Origin: Candidatus Woesearchaeota archaeon
GTDB lineage: Archaea > Nanobdellota > Nanobdellia > Woesearchaeales > UBA11576
Reading direction: 5' to 3'
NCBI GenBank assembly: GCA_018675335.1
Contig: JABGYH010000001.1
Coordinates: forward strand, 72,456 to 104,455
Length of the DNA stretch: 32,000 nucleotides
Positions 16,891 to 25,200 of the stretch are shown piece after piece; position 1 is the first letter of the stretch, and each line of letters opens with the position of its first letter. The position numbers and the translations under genes were made by a program. The notes beneath the pieces were generated by a model. The model was not told the origin of the DNA and searched no databases. It was given only the letters and a program-made list of their open reading frames with translations.

Positions 16891-19221
16891 ATGGCAAAAA
16901 ATCTAGATCTATCCAATAATACTGCTCAAAGTCGATCTTCATCCGCAGGAGCTGCGGCTATAGGAAGTATCGCAACATTAGCAACATTAGCTATTATGTC
17001 TGGAACACCTAGTTCTGCAAATGCACAAGAAATAGATTATGATGTTAAAGCACAAACAATAGCAGCTCAATCAGACTGTAAAATAACCAACGCAGGCCAA
17101 GATTTAACACCAACTGAAGTTGGTACAATTTCAACAATTCTAAGTGAAAACAATGATGTTCCTGATTTTGATATTTCAACACTTTGCTCAATTGCACAAA
17201 TAAAACCAGTAAGTCTAGAATGCAATGATGGATACTCAATAAATGAAGGAATTGATCATCTTTTCACAAGCCATCCCGTATTCAAATCAGCAGATAAAAG
17301 CCAAACAGGCACTGCAAAAAAAATTCTATACGATTATTTGACCACGCAAGGACACAGATCTTTTGATCAAAAACTCTTAACAAAAACAAAATTAAAAATT
17401 CCAGATGAAGTTGTAATTGATATGTACAGAGCAGCAATTGGACTTCCTTCATTAGATTCCAAAAAACAAACTGAATTAGAACAAAAACAATTAGAATTAA
17501 AACAACAACAAGTTGAAAAAAGATATTCTTCATTGGAATTAAAACTGGGCACTCTTGACACTCAAGCAGGAAAATTAATGCAAACCTGGACAGAACCATC
17601 AAATATTGCACAATACATTCAAACTGAATTAGAAGGAATTCATTCAGAAGAATTTGGTGGAAAAGAAAAACCTAAAGAAGAACAATTAATTAGTGCTAAA
17701 CAACAAGCGCTAACAACAAAACTCACTACTTATTCTCAAACATATGATGATCATCAAGCCAAACTACCTCGAGGAATTGCAAGACTTGGTGGCACTATAT
17801 CAACTCCATTAGAAGGAGATGGCCCAAATGCGTATGGTGGAAGTTTAGGTTTAAAATTAGGTAATGAATCATTTGATCTAAGCGCATATGGATTTATGTT
17901 AAAACCGTTCCCAACTCAAGTAACAACTGATTTTATTGGAGGTGGACTTCTTGAATTAAAATTATCTGATCGACATAGAATTTTATTAATGTTATCTGGA
18001 AATCAAAGTGGCTTATCAACATCAAGAACAACATCTCTTGATACTCAACCATTAATTATTAATGGTGAAACTTCACAAACAACAGGACATGAAAGTTTAG
18101 AAGATTCACTTAATTTATCTGAATTTTATATGACCTTAGGAGGAGAATTTACTGCTTGGAATCATTTAATTGCAGGAATTTATTTTGGTTTCGGAAATTT
18201 AGAAACAAGTCAAGATAATGATACTTCAATCGCTCAAACAGATACAACTCAATCTGAAATTAGTGAAGCAAACGGAACTGTTTTAGTATCAACTGATATT
18301 GGAACTCAAACAGATCTTACAACTACAACAAGAACTGATGTTGACACTCAACTATATTTTTTAGAAGGCCTCCTAGGTTATACTGGAAAGGGTCAAATTT
18401 ATAGTTTATTTGGAAATTTTGCGCTAGCCGAAACTACTGTTTCTTCATTAACGCAAATTGCAGGACTTAGTCAAACACAAGGGGTTGTTAGAACACAAAT
18501 TAATGACGAATTAATTGATACTCAAGACATTACTTCAAGCAGTCCATTAGATGATGCTGGAACTCCAGTAAGAATTTCTGATTCTCAAACAAGTTTTGCT
18601 ATTGGTGCAAGAATTTTAGTTCCATATGATGATGGATTATTTAGTCTTAAATTAAGTTATGATAACGGGACAAAAGGACTTCCATTAAGCGGTTATGCAT
18701 TATGGGCTCAGAATTTCAGCGGAATAACTCCTTTGTTAAGTGTTAATAAAACAGGAAATACTTATTCAGGACAATTCATGCTTTTTACAGGCATCGATGA
18801 TTCTAGATTTGAAAAAATTTCTCAAACTTATGACGGATTATTAGGTTTAGAACAAATTGCATTAGATCCAACTCTAGTCAGACAATATAGTCAAGACTCA
18901 TTAAAATTATTGACAACACAACTTAATGGATTATTTTTAGGCGGAAGATTTACTGCAGCAACAACTCCTAATGACCGCGCATTACTTACAGGTTCTGATG
19001 ACACAGATACAGAATTTGGAGGTTTTGGTTGGGCAGGATTTAATCATCCAGAATATGCAGGAGGCGCATTAATGTATGATCATACAGGCCAAAGACTTGG
19101 ACTACTACTAAACATAAATGCAATTCCGCACGTTCCATTACAATTAGAAGTTGGAACTGGAAATTTATCCGAGAAAAAAAAATCATTTGATGCAAGTCTA
19201 AACTTGGGTTACACATTTTAA
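16891..19221 (+). CDS. Secreted protein: signal peptide, Cys-containing N-domain, coiled coil, and a ~480-aa C-terminal beta-barrel-like domain ending in an OMP-type beta-signal
   Basis: 776 aa. The signal peptide has h-region AAAIGSIATLATLAIMSG with ANA|QE (predicted cleavage after residue 45). The coiled coil KKQTELEQKQLELKQQQVEKRYSSLELKLG maps to nt ~17461-17585. From residue ~294 there are many amphipathic Gly/aromatic-rich beta-hairpin-like segments. The C-terminus is FDASLNLGYTF-stop. Confidence 0.85.
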   Translation: MAKNLDLSNNTAQSRSSSAGAAAIGSIATLATLAIMSGTPSSANAQEIDYDVKAQTIAAQSDCKITNAGQDLTPTEVGTISTILSENNDVPDFDISTLCSIAQIKPVSLECNDGYSINEGIDHLFTSHPVFKSADKSQTGTAKKILYDYLTTQGHRSFDQKLLTKTKLKIPDEVVIDMYRAAIGLPSLDSKKQTELEQKQLELKQQQVEKRYSSLELKLGTLDTQAGKLMQTWTEPSNIAQYIQTELEGIHSEEFGGKEKPKEEQLISAKQQALTTKLTTYSQTYDDHQAKLPRGIARLGGTISTPLEGDGPNAYGGSLGLKLGNESFDLSAYGFMLKPFPTQVTTDFIGGGLLELKLSDRHRILLMLSGNQSGLSTSRTTSLDTQPLIINGETSQTTGHESLEDSLNLSEFYMTLGGEFTAWNHLIAGIYFGFGNLETSQDNDTSIAQTDTTQSEISEANGTVLVSTDIGTQTDLTTTTRTDVDTQLYFLEGLLGYTGKGQIYSLFGNFALAETTVSSLTQIAGLSQTQGVVRTQINDELIDTQDITSSSPLDDAGTPVRISDSQTSFAIGARILVPYDDGLFSLKLSYDNGTKGLPLSGYALWAQNFSGITPLLSVNKTGNTYSGQFMLFTGIDDSRFEKISQTYDGLLGLEQIALDPTLVRQYSQDSLKLLTTQLNGLFLGGRFTAATTPNDRALLTGSDDTDTEFGGFGWAGFNHPEYAGGALMYDHTGQRLGLLLNINAIPHVPLQLEVGTGNLSEKKKSFDASLNLGYTF

Positions 19222-19296
19222 ATTTAAATTTTTTATTTAATCTTTTAAAAAAAAATTAATCTCAAACTTAAAAATCATAAATTCAAAGGTTATAAA

Positions 19297-22200
19297 ATGA
19301 ATTCAAATAAAAAATCTCAAAAACTCCACTTTGTGGCAACGCATCTCATCATCTTACTTTTTGTAGTAAGTATGATTCCAGCTAATGTTTCTGGATTGCA
19401 AGATCTTCCACCTATTTGCAACATAATGCCAAATAGTAACGAAGTTATAACAACTGCAGTAATCACAATTACTGCAACAGATGTTTTAGCAAATGCAGGA
19501 ATTAATACTATGCGAATTTATGAAGATGGAAATTTATTAAATACTAAATCTTGCTATGGCGTATCAACTTGTGTTTTTACAAAAACAATTGTGCACACTA
19601 GTTCAAGTAATCATGCTTATTATGGAGTTGCGATTGATAACTCAGGTCAAAGCACAACTTCTGAAACTATCCAAATCAGTTTTGAAGGAATTAATAATCC
19701 ACCAATAATTACTAGTTATTCACCAGAAAATGTAATAGTAGAATTACCCGAACAAGAATCACAAAAATTTACAATAACTGCATCAGATCAAGAAAATGAT
19801 CCTATAACTTTTGAATGGTATAAAGGCCCATCAAAAATTAATGGTGCAAATACAAATTCATACACAATTTCTGAAAATGTTGACGATAATGAATCATTTA
19901 TTTTAGTTGCAAGAGCATTAGATAATAATGGAGGAGTTACAGTTAAAGGTTGGGTAGTTACAATAATTGATAGCGCACCAACAATTAACTTAAACACATA
20001 TCCTGTAATTGATGAAGGATTTACTGCAATTTTAGAGGCTAATGCCAATGCTTATGATGGAATTAGTTCGGTTTTTTGGGATTATGGAGATCAAACTTCC
20101 GAATTTGGAAATACTCAATCACATCACAGTTATGATGATCAAGGAGTTTATACAATTTCTGCAACTGTTGCTGATTTAGATGGTGATGAAATTACTGATA
20201 CTTTTGATCTAACTGTATTAGATGTTCAACCAACAATCATCTCATTAACTTGTCCTATTTCAATTACTGAAGGAGAAACTGCTGAATTTAGTGTTCAAGC
20301 AATTTCAGGATCAGATAAAGATTTAATTTCAAATTATGTTTGGGACTTTGGAGATAATACTCAAACTCAAGAAGGTCAAAATTTAAATGAAGCAACTCAC
20401 GAATTTACGAGCAGCAGTGCAACTACTGTCTCAGTATTAGTTCATGATGAAGATGGTTTTGTTGAAGATAATTGTTTTGTTGTTATTGGAGATACAGATC
20501 CTCAAGCAAGTTTTTCTTATCAACCAAATAACCCATTAGAACATGCAACCGTTGAATTTACTGATATGTCAATTGAAGGTTATGATCCAATTACTAATTG
20601 GGATTGGAATTTTGGTGATGGAGATATTTCTCAAGAACAAAATCCTACTCACGAATTTACTGATGGAACTTGGACTATTAGTTTAACTGTTACTGATAGC
20701 GATAATAGTCAAGATACAATTCAACAATTAATTACTGTTTCAAATAATCCTCCAACAGTTGCATTTAATTCTGATGTGACTGAAGGTGTTGAAGAATTAA
20801 CAGTTGAATTTGAATGCGAAATTACTGACGGAAATATCCCTTATGATTATGTTATATCATATGGTGATGGAAATTCAGATAATGGTCAAACAGATGAACA
20901 AACAATTCAAACAATTCACACTTATGAAGAAGATGGAGATTATCAAGCTACATGTACTACAACAGATATGGATGACGATACTGATTCAGATATAGTTGAC
21001 ATTACTGTTATTACCAATTCACCAATTGTTTCTCTTAATGCAAATCCTAATGAAGGAGAAGAAGAATTAGTTGTAGACTTTACTTGTGATATTAGCGAAG
21101 GTAACGCACCTTTTAGTTATGTCATGACCTATGGGGATACTACAGAAGAAGTTGGTCAAACAGAGGAATCAGTTATTGAATTTACTCACAATTATTTTGG
21201 TGGCGAATACACAGCTACTTGTACTATTACAGATAAAGATGGAGATACCAATTCAGATTTAGCAGATATTAGTGTACAAAATAATGCTCCAGAAGTTTCT
21301 CTTAATGTAACTCCTAATCAAGGTATTGAACCTTTAACAGTTGAATATACTTGTGACGGAATTGGCGGAAATGGAGAATTATCTTATTTAATTTTATTCG
21401 ACGATAATCTTGCTCAATCAGTTGAAAATATTGGAAGTTATACTTATAATCAAGAAGGAATTTATGCGCTAACTTGCGCAGTAACTGATATTGATGGAGA
21501 CACAACACAAAAAAATTTTGATGTTGATGTAACTGATAGTGTTCCAACAAATGTAGATATTAATTATGATCTTGAATTCATTGAAGAAATGGATTCAGTT
21601 TTATTTTCAGGAACTGCTGATGCATACGATCTTCCATTATCTTGGAGTTGGGATTTTAATGAGGATGGCATAGAAGACAGCGCAGAACAAAATCCAGAAT
21701 ATGTTTTTACTCAAAGTGGAATTTTTATAGTTAATTTGACAGTTACTGATTTTGATGGTAGCAAGACTTCAACAATTGAAATAATTGAAGTTTTAGATAA
21801 TGTTCCAACAATAGCGTTAAGTGTTGAACCAACAACTGGACTTGAACCAATAACAACTCAAATCAGTTGTGAAACTGAAGTTGGTGCAGGAAATACACCA
21901 TACACTTATAATATAAAATTTGGAACAACTGAAGACCCTCAAGAAATAGTTACAGATGAAATACAAGTTAATTTAGAACACACATATGATAATGGAAGTT
22001 TTAATTTAAGTTGTACAATAACTGATGTTGACGGAGATTTTGTTACAACTTCAACTCAAGTTAATATTACTGATTCAACTCCAACCGATCTTTCAATAAA
22101 TTTTAATCCAGAAAATCCTGTTGAAGGAGAAGAAGTTAATTTTATTGGAAATGCTAATGCTTATGATCTACCACTAATTTGGAGTTGGGATTTTAATGAA

Positions 22201-25200
22201 GATGGTGTAGAAGATAGCACTGAACAAAATCCCGAATTTACAGTTACACATAATGATTCTTACAATGTTTCGTTAACTGTTTTTGATAATGATGGAAGTA
22301 AAGAAGTAATTTATACTCAAATTGAAATTTCAAATAATATTCCTGGAGCAAATCTTATTTCAGATGTTGTAGAAGGAATTGAACCTTTAACTGTTGAATT
22401 TACTTGTGAACCTACTCAAGATACAACCTCCCCATCACTAAATTATAATTTAAATTTTGGAGATGGAAATTTTGAACAAATTAATAGCGAGTTAGATTCA
22501 GAAATATTCACGCATGTTTACAATACAACTAATGATCTCGCAGGATCAGATTTCCAAGAGTTTAATGCCTTTTGTAACATTACGGATTTTGATGGAGACA
22601 CTAGTACTTCAGAAAATATTTCAATTAATGTTTCAGATGTAGATCCTATTGCCGATTTTAGTTTTAATCCGGAAATTCCTGCAGAACTTGTTTTAGTACA
22701 ATTTACTGATGAATCAATTACTGTTGATCAAATCACCTCATGGAATTGGAATATTAATAATACCAATAATAACAATACAAGTTTAGATTTTAATTCAACA
22801 CAAAATGCGAGTTACCAATTTACCGAGGGAACTTATGAAATAACTTTAACAATCACTGAACCTGATGGAGATCAAGATGATATCACAAAAACTATTGAAG
22901 TTACAGATGATGCCCCAATAGTAACATTAATTGCAGATCCAAACTCAGGTATCGAACCAGTAAATGTTTCTTTTATTTGCAATAGTATTGGAGGAAATGA
23001 TCCAATTAACTATTTATTAAATTTCGGACTCAATGAATTTAATTCAACTTCAAATACTTTTTTAAGTATTGGATCACCAATTGAAACCAATCAAATTTAC
23101 GAAGAAGGAACATACGAAATTAATTGTTCTGCAACTGATTTTGATGGAGATAAAGCAACCGATATAGTAAGTATCGAAGTGCAAGATTCAATTCCAATAA
23201 TTAATTTTACTTTTGAACCTGAAGTTATTAATTCATATCAAGAAGTAATTTTCACACCAACAGTAGAAGGTTATGATTCTCCATTTACTTATGAATGGAG
23301 TTTTGAAAACTACCCTGCACTAACAATTACTGACGAAATTATGAAATTTGTTTTTAATCATGGAGATATTTATCCACTAACACTTACTGTTACTGATAGT
23401 GATGGAAGTGAAAAAACAATAAAAAAAGATATAATTGTTCCAATTGATGAAACTGCACCTGAAATTACTAATATAACAATAACAGAACTTACTAATCAAA
23501 GTGTTATCATTTCTTGGACTACTGATGAAATTGCAGCAAATGTAATTAATTATGGAATTTTAAATATTGATGAAAATACTATTGATGTAGAACTTAGTCC
23601 TGAATTAAACAATTCTGTTAAATTAATTAATTTAACTGCAGAAACAAATTATAATTTTACAATTGAAGCGTGTAACAGCGATAATATTTGTTCAGAATCA
23701 GATCAACTTAATTTTACAACCCTAGATACTCTGCCAGTTTTAATGAGTTTAGAAGTAACTCCTCTCGAAGGTTATGAACCCTTAACAGTAAACGTTAATT
23801 GCACAATCAAAAATGCAATCGGGCCAATAACATATGATATTGAATATGGTGATAACTCCGATTTGTTTAATACAACTAACACTCAAGGATTAATTGAAGA
23901 ATTTAGCATAATAAAAACTCATGAATATAATTTATCTGAAGATTTAAACAGCGAAGTATTCGATTTAACTTGTTCCATTTCAGATGCGAATGATTATAGC
24001 AATTCAAAAGAGGCAAATATAATTGTTAATGATTCAATCCCAACTAATCTTAATTTTAATTGGTCGGTTTATGCTATGGATTTACTAAATGAACCAGTAC
24101 CTCAAAATGCTTACGTGTATTTTAGTTCAGAATTTAACTCATATGATTCTCCCTCAACAGTTATGTGGGATTTTAACAATGATGGGATCATAGATGATTT
24201 TGGATTAGAGGAAGTTTATGTGTTTGATGCTCCAGGAACATACACAGTTAACATGACTGTTTCAGATGCAGACTTAGATGAAACATCAATCACTAAAGAA
24301 ATTGAAGTTTATGAAACAAATCTAACTCCTCCAAACGTTAACTCAGTTAATGCATTACCTTCAAATTTAATTTATGGCAGTGATATAAACACACTTATCA
24401 TATCAAATGTTAATGATGATAATTATGCAATTGATAATGTACGATATGAAATTACTAATTTAAATTTAGGCAATCAAATGAATACTCTTTTTGCAAGTCC
24501 AATTCAAGAAGAGACTTGCACATTCACAGTAGAAAATATTAGCCAAGAATTTACATTAAACGAAGATGAAATCATCCAATTTGAATTCGAGGGCCAAACA
24601 TATGATTTAGAAGTTGAATCTATTTGGAATAACTTTTGTTACATTGAAATCGGATATTATGATAATAATAATGATTGGATTTGGGATGATCAAGACGTAA
24701 AAAAAGACGAATCAGAACTAATTAACGGAATCAATATTAGTGTATCTGAAGTATATGATCCTTGGGGCCCAAGAGGATTTTGTTTATTTGAATCAGAATA
24801 TCAAGGGGAAACCAAAACTGGTTGGATTGATAGTTATGGTCAAGGTTTAGAAATTAACGGATTTGACTTTGATGTTGATTGGGTTGATGACGTTGAAAAA
24901 ACATGTGATTTTGAAATAGATCAAGGAAATGCAGAAGCTTATTTTGAAGAAATGGAAATTGGAGAATTAATCAATTTTAATGGCATAAAAATGACTTTAC
25001 TTGATGTTAAAGGTGCAAGCGAAAATAGATGGGCTGCACTTTATCAACCGATTACAAGCGGAATTTATGATGTTCAAGTTATTGCAAATAATGTAGTTAA
25101 CTCAGTTAATGATTCCGAACATACTGAATTCATAGTTGAAGGAATAGGTGATGAAATTTGCACCATAGTAAGTCAAAATGAGGGAGCTCAACTTATTAAC

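Noticed and set aside
19699-24312. Regularly spaced ~270-nt repeats, which could superficially suggest a CRISPR-like or satellite array.
   Set aside because: The periodicity lies entirely within one long open reading frame and corresponds to protein domain repeats (PKD). There are no short identical direct repeats with unique spacers, and no cas genes in the window.
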